NCBI GenBank assembly: GCA_964016885.1
Contig: OZ024745.1
Coordinates: 57,536,001-57,600,000, forward strand
Direction of reading: 5' to 3'
Length of the DNA: 64,000 bases
Source of the DNA: Eledone cirrhosa
Taxonomy: Eukaryota
Position numbers and translations under genes: made by a program. The notes under the pieces were generated by a model that searched no databases, was not told the origin of the DNA, and saw only the letters and a program-made list of their open reading frames with translations. Position 1 is the stretch's first letter. Each line of letters opens with the position of its first letter. Positions 35,658-48,360 of this stretch are shown here, piece after piece.

Positions 35658-35930
35658 ATTAGCTTAAGAGAAACTTAAAAATAAGAATTGGCACCCGAAT
35701 CTGAACTTGTTTATAGAATTCTTTCTGCCTTTGTCACTCTAAATAAAAATTATAGCCTTAAAGAATTAGCTTTTAATGAATTCCCTTTTCTTTCAACCAA
35801 TGACCTCCACCCATCCCACTCCCCACCCTCCCATACCACCTGAAAAGATATAAGTACCACAGCATTTAATTTGGAAAGCCAGATTCCTGATAATTTCTAA
35901 AGAATAAAACAGTTCTAGTCCTGTAGAATC
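35658..35930 (+). repeat. ~270 bp element; right member of an inverted pair with 33866-34135
   Basis: Reverse-complement match to the partner; immediately preceded by a SINE A 3'-end scrap (gtgccaaaaatagaaacaatt). Confidence 0.85.
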
Positions 35931-36060
35931 TCATCTATATTAAAACTTTTATACTGTGCTATGTATTTAGTACCTTACTGTGGTTACCTCCGAATCAACC
36001 CGGAATAACTTACCTATATATATATAATACCTATGTATATATAATACATATATATATATA

Positions 36061-36431
36061 TAATAAGGATCGACGGACTCAGCATATTTATCAATGCAAG
36101 TACCGGTTGTATCTCAGTGCACTCAATGGGCAATGTAAGATACATTACTAGAATATACACATAGTTATTTGCCTCAACACAACACACGTAAAACGGGTGC
36201 CTATAAGGTACCCGGATTCGAGTTTCTGCCGCACTAATGCAGCAGTAAGGTGCACTGCACCAGTTGTCTGCATATATTATGCAACAATGCACAATTGGCT
36301 TATGCGGCTTCATCAGCGGGTATCGCCTAATCAATAAGCAATCGATCGACAGAATCCAAACACCGGCCCATGCCGGTCATGACTGTATGTAACAACCGAC
36401 ACGGTAAAGCGTTTAGCAACTGGCACCCGAT
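36061..36431 (-). mobile_element. ~365 bp non-coding HHR-bearing element (family B), copy 2
   Basis: Reverse-complement match to 5677-6042; 3' end runs into (TA)n. Confidence 0.85.
36209..36322 (-). ncRNA. Type I HHR with extended, branched stem II
   Basis: tacccg-CTGATGA-agccgca...tgcggca-GAAA-ctcgaa-TC-cgggta; perfect 6-bp stem I and intact core. Confidence 0.85.
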
Positions 36432-36700
36432 AGGACTATCTCTCAACTAGCCACTGATTTACAAATTTTACGTGGGGACGGGAAGCTAAAAAGAATGAAT
36501 CTTTTAGTTCCTGTCAGAAGCGCTCAGCCAACGTGTCTCACACACAATTTATCAAGGGGTGAAAAGATGGCTATTAGAAATAGCAGTGTGTATGGATATA
36601 AAATAGAACGGTAGCATTCGGTTCATGTCTCCAAGCCCCATGGCTAGAGGAAAGCGATGGTAGCAATGGTAGTGCCAAGAACATATATGATATGTATATA

Positions 36701-36797
<97 letters not shown>

Positions 36798-36889
36798 ATA
36801 TACACACACTCCTTACTATCATTGCAATCATATTTCTACTGGCTTCCTTTTCTCATTGTATTTGTATATAAACAATTACACAGGTACAA

Positions 36890-37450
36890 TGAGAAGGGGA
36901 GGGCAAGGAGGAGAGGAGAGTAAGGAGAAAAGGAGAGCAAGAAAAAAGGAGACCAAAGAGAGGGATGGGAGTAAGGCGAAAAGGAGACCAAGGAGAGCAA
37001 GGTGGAAAGGAGAGCTATGAGAAAATGAGAGAAAGGAGAGCAAGGAAAGCAAGGAGAGCAATGAGAGGAAGGAGAAAACAGAGCAGGGAGAGCAAGGAGA
37101 GCAAGGAGAGCAAGGAGAAAATGAGAGTAAGGAGAGCAATGCGAAAAGGAGACCAAGGAGAGAGGGAGAGCAAGGAGAGCAATGAGTAAGAAGGGCAAGT
37201 AGAAAAGGAGAGCAAGGAGGAAAGGAGACCAAGGAGAAAATGAGGGCAATGAGAGCAAGGAGAGCAAGGACAGCAAGGAGAGAAAAACTGGGAGGAGGGC
37301 AGTGGAAAGTGTGGGAATAGAGATACAAGAGGAGGAAAGGGGTGGAAATGGAGGTAGGAGAAGAAGGGGTATAAGTTGAGGTACTGGAGGATGGGGAGGG
37401 TGAGGTAGAGGAGGAAGGAGAAGGGGAGGAATTGGATGATGAGCAGGGGA
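36890..37450. repeat. Purine-rich degenerate 9-mer minisatellite (ggagagcaa)
   Basis: Repeated ggagagcaa/ggagaccaa units with strong AG strand bias. Confidence 0.8.
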
Positions 37451-37551
37451 GGAACATATAGTGAAAATGCATTAAATATATTCCAAAGCCTTCGTTTTGA
37501 ATTCTTTTTTCTTAGCTTATATTAGTTATACTCTGTATCTGATTATCGATT

Positions 37552-37740
37552 GGTGGATTGGCAGTATCGGTAGAGAGTCGGACACCATGCTTTGAAGCAT
37601 AGAATTACGTCCCTTTATGATCTGAGTTCAAATCCCGCCGCAGTTAACTTTGCCTTTCATCCTTACGGGGTCAATAAATTAAAGTACCAGTAATACACTG
37701 GGTAATTACTGGCCTTGTGCCAAAAGTAGAAACAATTATT
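37552..37740 (+). mobile_element. tRNA-derived SINE family A
   Basis: A/B boxes, conserved body and tail. Confidence 0.9.
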
Positions 37741-38347
37741 TGAAATATAACCTCTACTATCAAAGATAACAAATTATATATATACTGTGTAGGAATGTTT
37801 CAAACATATGATTATAATTATTGCAATTGTGTACGTATTTTGTTCGGTATTAGACATATGAATCAGAACATGATATCATCTGATAAATAAGGATCTATAT
37901 GACGTTATCTAATTCTATATTTTTTAATTTTTATTTCACATTATCATGTCAATGTCCTCCTGAAATTGGTATTAATATAACAAAAATCATCAATACACTT
38001 TGTAGAGTTCAAAGATATTCTAAGTAGATTACGTTGTAATCACATGCAGATTAAATAAATACGTTAACGTGTCCCTTTGATTATTTGTTTTGAAATACAT
38101 TCTATAGAATACCAGGGTTGAAATGAATATTTACATGAATATGGAATCAAATGAATATTGATTTTGAGTGTATAATTAATTAATTGTAGATTATTTAAAA
38201 AAATCTGAATAAAATCATTAATAAACATTAAGTATATGTTTCCCAGCACCAAACATATTCTGCACACACAAACTTTGAATCAAATAAATTTTGTTTCTGC
38301 TCATGCATATTCTTGTTAAGCTGAATCGAGTGTATTTATATTAATAA

Positions 38348-39883
38348 GTAGCAGATTTACCCGGCGTTGCCCGGGTTTGAAATTATGCTAAGAATATACA
38401 GCTAGGAAGTAAAAGAAGAAAATTATTTGTCCCCAGCCTGTCAAAATAAGCAGAAGTCTTCAATAATTAATGCAAACGAATATTTAGTGCAATCTTTGTA
38501 CACATAAAACTATAATGATAATGAAGGAAAACACTGAACATGATGTAGTTATACAAATGATTAAAGACAATACACGTTGCAAATCTGTAAGAAAAAAAAA
38601 CAGGCAGTTTTGCTAAAGTACAAAAAGTTGTAATGAAAGCAGAGTTGTATGCAAACAAAAAAACAATGCGAGTAGAATAAGAGAAAATGTATGTATTCTT
38701 TGAGAGCATCCTTTTCTGTGTATGGTTAAATTTTGAACTTATAATCCAAAATATCATGCATAACATATCCATTGGTATGTTTTGTAATGAGTAAGGTGAA
38801 GTCAAGGCAGAGCTGTAATCGATTTTGTTATTGCTCAACGTGGGTCGATTTGAAAAATGTGCAACTTGCACAGAAAATTTGGTCAAATTCGGTTGAGAAT
38901 TGTAAAAGCCTTAGCTGTCCAAAGTTGTCCACATATACACAAACACACACATACTCGCTTTTATATATATAGATTTCGTAGCTCTAGCATCACTCCTTCA
39001 TAGTCAGCCGAAGAACTTTTCAACCCAGATTTGTGTACAATACTGGCTTCCATAATGTTTTCATCTCCTCACCCCTCTACTTTTTTCTCCTCCCCTTCAA
39101 CGTATCTTCCTACCTCTTTCTGCCACTCTTACTTACTCCGTTTCTTTTTTTCTGTTATTTTCTCTCTCTCTTTCTCTCTTTTTATATCTTATTTTCCCCA
39201 TCTCTCTCTGTTTGTGTCATTTCTCCTCTCTTTCTCTTTCTCCCTCCCTCTCTCTGTCTCTTTTTCCCTCTCTTTATATTTCCTCTGCCCCCTCTCTCTA
39301 TTAATAATGGCTTTCCGCTCTGACTCTTTTGTTTCACTCCTCTCTTTCTTTCTCTCTTTGTATCATATCTCCCTCTTTCTCTCTCTTTGTATCTCATCTC
39401 CCTCTCTGTCTCTTTTTATACCATATCTCTTCTCTCGCGCTCTCTCAATCTCTCTCGCCCTCGTGCTCTCTCACTCACTCTCGCTCTCTCTCTGTATCAT
39501 ATCTCCCCCTTTCTCTCTCCGTCTGTACTATATCTCCCCCCTCTCCCTCTCTACCACATCTTCTCTCTCTGTCTCTCTCTCTCTCTCTCTCTCGCTCACT
39601 CACTCTCTCAGTGTTTCCTCAATCACTGATTCTGACCCCCGTGGTCTTTCATACTCTGTACACACACATCCTCTCTTTTATATATATAGATAATTTTGCT
39701 ATCGATTTTGTATTGCTCAACGTGGATCGATTTGAAAAATGTTTGTGATGTGACCATCTTAGCGAAAGGTGCAACGTGCCCAGAAAATTTGGTCAAATTA
39801 AGTTGGGAATTGTAAAAGCCTTAGCCCTCCAAAATTGTCCACAGACACACACACACGTCCTCGCTTTTATATATATAGAAGAT
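38348..39883 (-). mobile_element. Non-autonomous Helitron-like element with stacked termini
   Basis: Hairpin acccggcgttgcccgggt next to the agtag terminus. The opposite terminus (ctc(g)cttttatatatataga) occurs three times (38973, 39690, 39880). 38818-38975 is duplicated at 39700-39883 around a (CT)-rich tract. Confidence 0.6.
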
Positions 39884-40315
39884 TATACCCAAAACAAAAT
39901 TAAATCCGTCGTACGTCAACTGTTATAAAACCAATCTCGTCAGTTACATAAGAAATAACCTATACAGAACATTACAACACTTCTGAAATAAATTACAACA
40001 GCAAGAAAATTGTAACATTAAAAAAGAAAAGAAATTAAAATCATTTCTAAAACCGGTTTACATAATTAAAATATATTTTAGCCCTATCTATATTTTTCCA
40101 TGATAATTCTTATTACTATCTTTATTGTTGAAGTGTAATTCATCATTGGCTTTGCAAGGCTACTTAATAAAGGGGATCTAATCATAAGAATGGTACCTCC
40201 ATTTATATAGCAGATTCCATTACCCAATTCTTAATTCTATATATTAGAGGGTAGATATGACGGTCTATGATGAAGAAAAGGAACACATTTTGTGGCATAT
40301 TTAGGGTTGACTTAT

Positions 40316-40531
40316 GAAGGCGTGTGGCTGAGTGGTTAGCGAATTGGATTCACAATCTTGAGGTTGTGAGTTCGACTCCTGGACCGGGCGATGCGCTATA
40401 TCCTTGAGAAAGATACTTTATTTCACGTTTCTCCTTCTACTTGGAGTTGCGACCGACAGATAGTATTAGCAACTGGAAGGACCAACGGAAACATTGCTTC
40501 CTCGGTCCGATTTGACGAAAGTCAATCCAGC
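40316..40531 (+). mobile_element. tRNA-derived SINE family B (CORE-like)
   Basis: TGGCTGAGTGG A-box, GAGTTCGACTC B-box, tccttgagaaagatacttta CORE-like segment; second copy at 60246-60460. Confidence 0.85.
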
Positions 40532-40773
40532 CTTTTTTTATGGTTAATTTAAATGCAGGAGTAAAGAAAGCACATCATGAATATGAAATATAGGTCACCT
40601 AAATGGATACAGATACATCCAAGATATACTATACTTAATGGAATCTTCACATATAAGTACAATTATATTGATTAATTATTGATCATATGGTATCGGTGAC
40701 AATATCGTAAAAGAGATTGACAGCGTAAAATTGTTTCGAATAGCACATGGTGTGAAACCAACTAACATATTAA

Positions 40774-41369
40774 GGGCAGTGGATTGGCAGTATCGGTAGA
40801 GGGTCGGACGCCATGCTTTGACGCATATAGTTACGGCCCTTGGTATTCTGAGTTCAAATCCCGCCAAGGTTAACTTTGCCTTTCATCCTTATGGGGTCGA
40901 TAAAATAAAGTACCAGTAATACACTGGTTATTGCTGGCCTTGTGCCAACAGTAGAAACAATTATTAAGCATATTAAGGGCGGTGAATTGGCAGTATCGGT
41001 AGAGGGTCGGACGCCATGCTTTCCAGTATAGTTACGTCCCTTTAAGGTCTGAGTTCAAATCCCGTCGAGGTTAACTTTCCCTTTCATCCTTACGGGGTCG
41101 ATAAAATAAAGTACCAGTAATGTACTGGGTATTTGCTGGCCTTGTGCCAAAAGTAGAAACAACTATTTCTACAGAAAATAGGTGGATTGGCAGTATCGGT
41201 AGAGGGTCGAATGTCATGCTTTGACGCATAGAATTACGGCCCTTGCCATTCTGAGTTCAAATCCCGCCGAGGTTAACTTTGCCTTTTATCCTTACGGGGT
41301 CGATAAAATAAAGTACCAGTAATTCACTGGTTAATTGCTTGTCTTGTGCGAAAAGTTGAAACTATTATT
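40774..41369 (+). mobile_element. Three head-to-tail SINE family A copies
   Basis: Copies at ~40774-40964, 40977-41168 and 41181-41369. Confidence 0.9.
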
Positions 41370-41559
41370 AAGCATATTATGCCATCCATGTGACGTAAAA
41401 TAATTTCAAGTAGTCTGAAATATTTTGCCAGATTGGAAATTCATGATCATAGTAAAATTAAATTGTCTCATTTACACTTTGTATGTATACACTTAAAACA
41501 AACACGCATTCACACATACTCGCATACTTGTATGTAAACAGACACACACACACACATAT

Positions 41560-41665
41560 ATCATCATCATCAGGTCGATCTTGCTCGGCTTTCTACGACA
41601 CGTTTCCTCCATCCATCTCTGTCTCTCATAGCGTTTGCCAGTTCTTTCGCAGTGCATCCATATGT
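41560..41665 (-). mobile_element. RTE LINE extreme 3' end with (TGA)n tail
   Basis: GCTAKELANAMRDRDGWRKRVVESRARST* followed by tgatgatgatga. Confidence 0.75.
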
Positions 41666-41880
41666 ATATATAGTATATATATATATATGCACACACACAC
41701 GTAGATATGTGTGTGCCTGTGTGTGTGTGTATCTGTGTGTTTGTGTGTGTTTGTGTGTGTTTTGTATTAGAAGAGTGCATGTGAAATGAGATACGTTATG
41801 ATTATGTATGATAAACATATATGGGTCTCACATTTTTATTGATTCCATGATCATCTCACAGCAGTCTCTGTAGCGGTGCA

Positions 41881-41927
41881 AATACCAGACAGCTGTTTAT
41901 GGATACTTATCCCTCATCAGTGACATT
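41881..41927 (-). ncRNA. Minimal type I HHR relic (G12 mutated)
   Basis: aatgtca-CTGATGA-gggataagtatcca-TAAA-cagctg-TC-tggtatt. 7-bp stem I, palindromic ACAGCTGT, GUC site. Confidence 0.7.
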
Positions 41928-44548
41928 TACTTATTCAGTAAATCCTATATAATTTTTGCATATGAAACATCGGCTTGATATGTTCATTTGCAATTCTTAT
42001 GAATTCGTATTGTTTAAAAGGGGGAAATTAGTTGAGCTTTAATATACCGTGGTTCATCATAGGGGTATATATAAAAACATATACGATATCCTTATGTATG
42101 ATATACATACGAGAAAATCGCTAAGGATTTTCTTAATGATTATGTCACAGCCTTCTAAATGACTGTGCGAATGCCTACCAGCTGCTTTTGGATTTTGAAC
42201 CGACACCGGTGATATTTAAACATCGCTATTACAACATAATCTGCTTAAGCTAATAGTGTATTTACGTTTCATGCATCATCTGGAGATATTCCAAAACCGC
42301 AATCTAATGACTGATTCCTGAGTTGTTTATAGTACGGAGATGGTCAAGTTTGAATAAGATCTAAAGGATTATTTTCATTCCTCTGATTGGCACACCCGTG
42401 CAGAAAAAATGTGTACTATCTTATACAGCAGGAGTGTATCAAAAGTAATATCATAGAATAATGATTTAGGAAATCAATAATTATCTCGTTGATCAAGAAT
42501 GAGAGTTTTTCCGTGACAATAATCAACATATTTTGTCTCCACTATTTTCTAAAACTTTAAAGAAAGACATGTGTTTAAATGAAAGACGCTTCATTAAAGC
42601 ATTTGCTGTTTTCAATATTAGTAGACACCCCAGAAGTCATTTTACGTATGGCTTTGGAATGCCCATCAACAGCTTCAATCTTTGCAAACTTTGACAACAA
42701 TCAAACGTCAACTTTCCGGAAGCGAGCAATCTTTAACTCACTATGCCCTTTCTTTAAGCGTACCTTTTTATTTGCTGAGTTAGATAAATGTCTTTCATCA
42801 TCAGGAAAAAATGCAAGAACAAACAACGCTTATTTCAAATTGACTCCAAAGGAGACAACAATGACTGACATGCTTAATGCTTTTGACGGGTATTGTTCTA
42901 TAACTTTACCAGTCATGATAGCAATTACTATTTCAGGATAATAATGTAGCTTTTATTACCAGAAGACAAAATATAATTTATTTTAGTGACAACTATTTGG
43001 AATTCTCAGCACTGAGCTGGAGAGTATACTTTCTGAAGTAACATAAATATTATTTTTGTTTCATTTGAGAGGATTAAATGAAGGGAAGATAAGCCTTTGT
43101 TAGAAATACAATGTAATACATGGCATTATATAAAGTAAGTGTGCTGTAAATCATATATTACTTTGTGCATTGACTTTAGTACATTTAACAAAACAGAAAG
43201 CATTCAAAATATTTTGCAAGTAACTGAAGTGTACTGTTTCTATATGAATTCCCTAAAACAATTCGGGATATCTTAACAAACCTTTTAAATACGGAAGGTA
43301 TTTTCTGTTCGAAATCTAAACCAAAAAACATTTGTGATTGGAGGAAATGTTATTTCCAAGCGACATCAAGTACTAGTGCTTAGACATAAAGTATAGTAAC
43401 TGTGATCAGTATATATATTCCTCTACATCTCACGTAAGGAACATTTCAAATCGATGTGGAGTGAAACAAATTTATGATTCCATGTAATATTTGGAAACAT
43501 TGGCGTCGTCATATATTTCCATGTCATTTCTAAAAGAAGGCAACGTTAAACAATGTACATATGAACTCAAAAAACATGTGTGGTGGTGTTTATATATGAG
43601 CGTGTCATCGTAGTTGTTGAAGATAGTTGCACATACTCCTAATCAATACATTATTAATTCATCTACTCGAGTTATTTAAACATTGAGTATTCACACGGAC
43701 GCAACTGTTAAACGTTGCAATTGTTTCATGAATTAAATTAAAGTTTAAGAATGGAAATTATATGTATCGTACAAGGATAGTTATGGTTATCTACCACAAT
43801 CACGTAAGGTATTTGAATGTTTCAGACGTTATATACGCTTGACAGGTCTCTTCTGGTAGGAACGGTTCCCAGGTGACGGTTAGTAATACGACTATCAGGT
43901 AAGCGTGGGCTCCTGCTGCACTAATAAACAATGCCAGAACAATAGAGTTATAATACTTGGGAAAATAGAGCAATAAATGACACTGATAGCTCTCTTTCTC
44001 GAAACCAAAAAAGAAGAATGCTAAATAAATTTTATAGACAAAGTATATTGTCTCCAAAGTTATACAACAACGTCTTGCGAAATGTCATATATTATTTCGA
44101 AAGAATATCATACACTGAAAGTTCCGCATGATTTTCGCCGTGATTGTCTATCGACAATATTGATTTTCTTATTAAACTAGTCAGACAATTTTTCAATGTA
44201 CACTAGTTTATCTTTATAATAGCATTATGCTATATGTATATATGGCTTATGAAAAAAAGGAATAAATTGTGCCTTTGTATAAGTCGTATATTTTATTCGA
44301 TATTTTTCTTCTTCCATCATTTCATAAAAAATAGCATCATTAGTTGATCAATCATGTGACATTCAAGAGAAAAGAATCGTTTCAAAGTTTTTAAATTGTA
44401 GTGTGTTAAAAGGCTTGTCTAGTATTTTGTTTTACTCATTATCATGGAGCAATTCTCTTCAAAATGAAGAGGTGAGCTGTAAAAATATAATTTACATTAT
44501 ATGCACATGCATACGGAGATATATATATATACATATTTATTAAAATAT

Positions 44549-44625
44549 GTATTAAAATAACAGAAGATCCCGTTAAGGGTGAAAGCAGCGATTCTTTGCT
44601 TAAACTTTAATCTGTTATTTTAATA
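44549..44625 (+). mobile_element. Family C HHR-like fragment with a 15-bp 5' inversion, in TA-rich repeat
   Basis: 44561-44625 is the reverse complement of 7450-7513; begins tattaaaataacaga and ends tctgttattttaata. Confidence 0.7.
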
Positions 44626-44924
44626 AATATATATATATATATATATAAAACGAAAAATCATTGATGCATCTGAAGTCAATTTATTGTGTGTTACAATTGT
44701 TTCGCCGGCAGACAGCTGGAGACGCGATCGTTGTATGGATCTGTCTGATTCTCGACCAGCAGGTTCGACAGACACGTCTAATGATTTCGGAGCATATACT
44801 TCCAGTGGATTGCAGGAGGCTGAATTAAGTGCAATAATTGCAGCCTCAGCATTCAGAATAAGTGGGTAGGTGTAAATGCCAAACCCACTGTCTTCCTGGT
44901 ATTCCTGCTAACTCTTACTGAGGA

Positions 44925-45330
44925 TCGTGAATCTTGAGCAATGACCAAAAGAATACAATTGCAAATAAAAGCGGCAGAAATGGGAGTAACCTTACTCGAT
45001 AAAGTGCGTAGCTCAGAGACTAGAGAGTCACTACAGGTAGAGCCGCTACTTCTCCGAATTGAGAGATCACAACTCCGATATTATGAGCATGTGGTTTGAA
45101 TGTCTCAGTAAAGAATCGCTGAACACATTTTACAGGCAAAAGCAATCATCAAGAGACCCAAAGGTAGACCCTGAGCAAGGTAGTTGGATAACATCCATAA
45201 GCTTGGCTGGTTATGCTTTGGGATCCAGCTGCATTAGTTAGAGATGTTTGCTTCTGGCAGACTCGCTAGAAGGAGTTTTGAGAAGGACTCTGCCACCACG
45301 ACCCTCTCACAAACAGGTGGACGACGAAGA
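44925..45330 (+). mobile_element. RTE-type LINE 3' fragment (same family as 16783-16975)
   Basis: MTKRIQLQIKAAEMG..TLLDKVRSSETRESLQVEPLLLRIERSQLRYYEHV. Confidence 0.8.
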
Positions 45331-46979
45331 AAATATTGTCAATTTACTTTTCAATTTACATATATATATAGTTGCGTATAATACCAATATACAAACTACA
45401 TATGCTAGCAGAAAACCAGTTTTTCTGCTTGTCGCAATAATAATAATTGTTAATAAATAGTTATGTTTTATTAGTTAGTGCTTCCATTATCCAGATTATA
45501 TCTGGGATCATGGTAACTAATGTTACTAATCATAAATTATATTCAGAAAAACAACATTTGTATACTATTATTTGTAAGCTTATCTTATTCCGTTTATGAA
45601 AGATTTCTTAGAGGATCAAAGCCTATTTTGGAACGTCATGACCACTGCAGTATAATGTATCATTAAACTTTACAATCAATACAATAACATATGTATATAA
45701 TCATATATAGTATCACGTATTATATATTATTGTATCTTTTACACTTTCCACAAACAATTACATAACATTACTTTAACATTTTCCTACTTTGTATTATAAA
45801 CTTGGCATAGACATATTTTCCTGGGAGAACATAAAATATTGCTCAAATTTTACAATCAAGTAAATTCACATCACCAGAAGTAATTAGTTAGCTTTAGTTT
45901 CATATAAACTTGTCCAAGAATTGGAACATATGTAATCCTATATAAAACAAATGTGTTAACCCCTCATTTGTTTGGAATTGTTCTAATACATACGGGAATT
46001 ATATTTTTTATGTAAAGAATAAAGCAGCATAACTAGTTGAAATATATATTGTTCTAAATTAGCATTACTTTCCGTCGCCAAAAATAATTTCGCAGATGTT
46101 TTAAAATCTTTTGTCTGGCAATTAATCATGATTTGAAATTCAGACTTATCTTAGTATTTCAAGTCTATACATTTTTTTACTATTTGTTTTGAAATACGAG
46201 TTCGTAGTGTTAAATGAATTTTATTAATTTCGTTTTTCGATAATACAGAAAATAGTAGTTGATTTATCTGCAGCAGTCTTTGTGCGGTTCCGAATATTGA
46301 ATAAAATAAATGAAAAATATGGACGAAACGGTCTACCAATATAAATCTCTTCAAAAATAAACAATTTTGAACCCAACGATTATTACCATAACGAAATTCC
46401 TACTTTATAATTGTGATTTCTGAATGTAAAATTAGATAGCCTGTGTATTATTCACAACGGCTATTCAGCGTATGAATTGAAATACATTATTCATAGATAT
46501 TGGGAAACGGTGCAATTTCTGTTATTCATCCATTTTATATCTTCTACCCATAGTATATATCAATGTTTATTCATCAATATTTTAAGGGATTTTTCTCATA
46601 TATTAAATAATATATATGCAAAATAACACGTTCGTATGTAATTTCATTCAAATTAGTAGATATCCCATTTCCAATTATTCACGTTATTCGATATTTTCAA
46701 AAAATATTCAACAAAGAGAAAATAGATTATTTTTCAAAAAAATTCTTTCAATGATCAATTCATAATATCATGGAATATTAGCAGTGTTAGGCATACACAA
46801 ATGATTTACATTTATTGTACCTAAAAAGAAAATTCCGAAACAAATATTGTACAAAAAGAAAATTCCGAAACAAATATAATCCCTATACAGATGAAAAGGA
46901 ATAATCTCTTTAACACATTTATTTATTCAATATACAAAATCTCTTGCCATGAAAAGCCATTGGCATTATATAAAAAATT

Positions 46980-48360
46980 ATTGAGCAGTATCCAATAAAA
47001 GCAAAACACATTCATAAAGAGAACAGAAAAGGGAGAAAAGAAGAAAACTAAATAGAGAAAAAGAAAGAAGGATCAAGGAACAAAAGCGAGAAGTGGATGG
47101 CGAAAGACTACACCCTAGCCAGAGCAGTAACTCAGTCGCGTCCCGCTCACAAATCCGCAAAAGCATTAACGTGGAGAAAGGCCAAAGACTCCAGCTGCAA
47201 AACCCATCCCACCTCAAGGGGCTTCCTCCTCAACCGAGAGACGCCGTATTCACGACGTTAGTGAGGGATTTGGCAGTGCGGGGAGCAAGGACGTCAGAAG
47301 TCGCGACGGAAGCATGTGCAATGAGAAAGTGGTCTGTCTTCCTCTCCTTCGCATTGTGAGCAGGGGAGCACGTGTTTGTGACCTAGGTGAGAAGGTTGGA
47401 GGCGGAGAACGAGTCGTTACAGGTCGCATCCCAAACCTGAGATTTGTCCTCCTCGAAAAGGGAGAGGGCTAACCCATTGGGGCGCGTGCCGTCGCCATCG
47501 GCGAGGACAAGCAGCTCCGATTGAGACTGGAAACCGGCTGCATCCAGGTTCCTTCTGAGAAGCCGGACGTACGAGCCGGGTGCAGAAGACGTCTTCGACC
47601 GCTGCTCCATACTATCCCTGTGTGGCACACAACCATGCAGGCCGAGCTGCTGTACCACTGCAATTCTGGTGCACACAGCATCATGAAGGGTACTGTTTGA
47701 TAGAGATGGCACTGAATTGAGCAAAACCCCAGTTTTGGGGTTCTGAGGCATGACTGGCACCACGTCCACCAGGTGACGTTGGATATCGTTGCATCTGGGT
47801 GACGGCTAACCTTCGTCGGTCCAATCAGCCAGAGATGACTCAAGATCCCGGGCGACGTCATGTTATATCGTGTTGCGAAAGGTCTCATTGATGTGTTGCG
47901 GCTTGAGAAGTTTGAGGAGAGAAAGATCTGCAGTGACAGGTCAAGTGTGGATTGGAGGTACAGGCCACTGAATCTCAAAAGGAGTTTAGCCTGTTGCCAG
48001 CCGGTGCTGCTGAAGCAAATATTGCAGATGGAATTGACAAAACGGCAGATGGTGATATCGACCTCGACAAATCGATCTGCTGGATGGTGGCATAGGGGCA
48101 TCTGGAAGCACGAAGAGAAATGTGAGGAGAGTGAACCAGTTCCCCAGGAAAAAGATCGTTGGGTGCGTGTCGATGAGGCGTAATCTCTCCCTCATCTTCA
48201 TCAGATATATATGATTGATCTCAAGAAATGGCGTACCTTGGATATTGAAATCAACGACGGCTTCACCTAGAAGATCGCAACAAGCTATGACAGAGACACT
48301 TCTTATTGACACATCTATCCTAGTAATAACAGCAAATTTAAACTGCATGGGACCAATTCT
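46980..48360 (-). mobile_element. Decayed CRE/R2-type non-LTR retrotransposon (RT C-terminus + restriction-like endonuclease)
   Basis: WQQAKLLLRFSGL (cf. WxQAxLPxRxGGLG), GVLLNSVPS..RIAV..LG, DGDGTRPNGLALSLFEEDKSQVWDATCNDSF (RPDG..WDxT PD-(D/E)xK motif); locally GC-rich. Confidence 0.75.

Noticed and set aside
36836-37472. Leu/Ser-rich membrane-protein-like ORFs (also 39031-39748, 12298-12637, 32-456)
   Set aside because: They arise from purine/pyrimidine-biased or AAC low-complexity repeats.
40316-40390. tRNA gene
   Set aside because: The A/B boxes continue into a repeated SINE body and there is no proper cloverleaf; the same holds for the family A heads.
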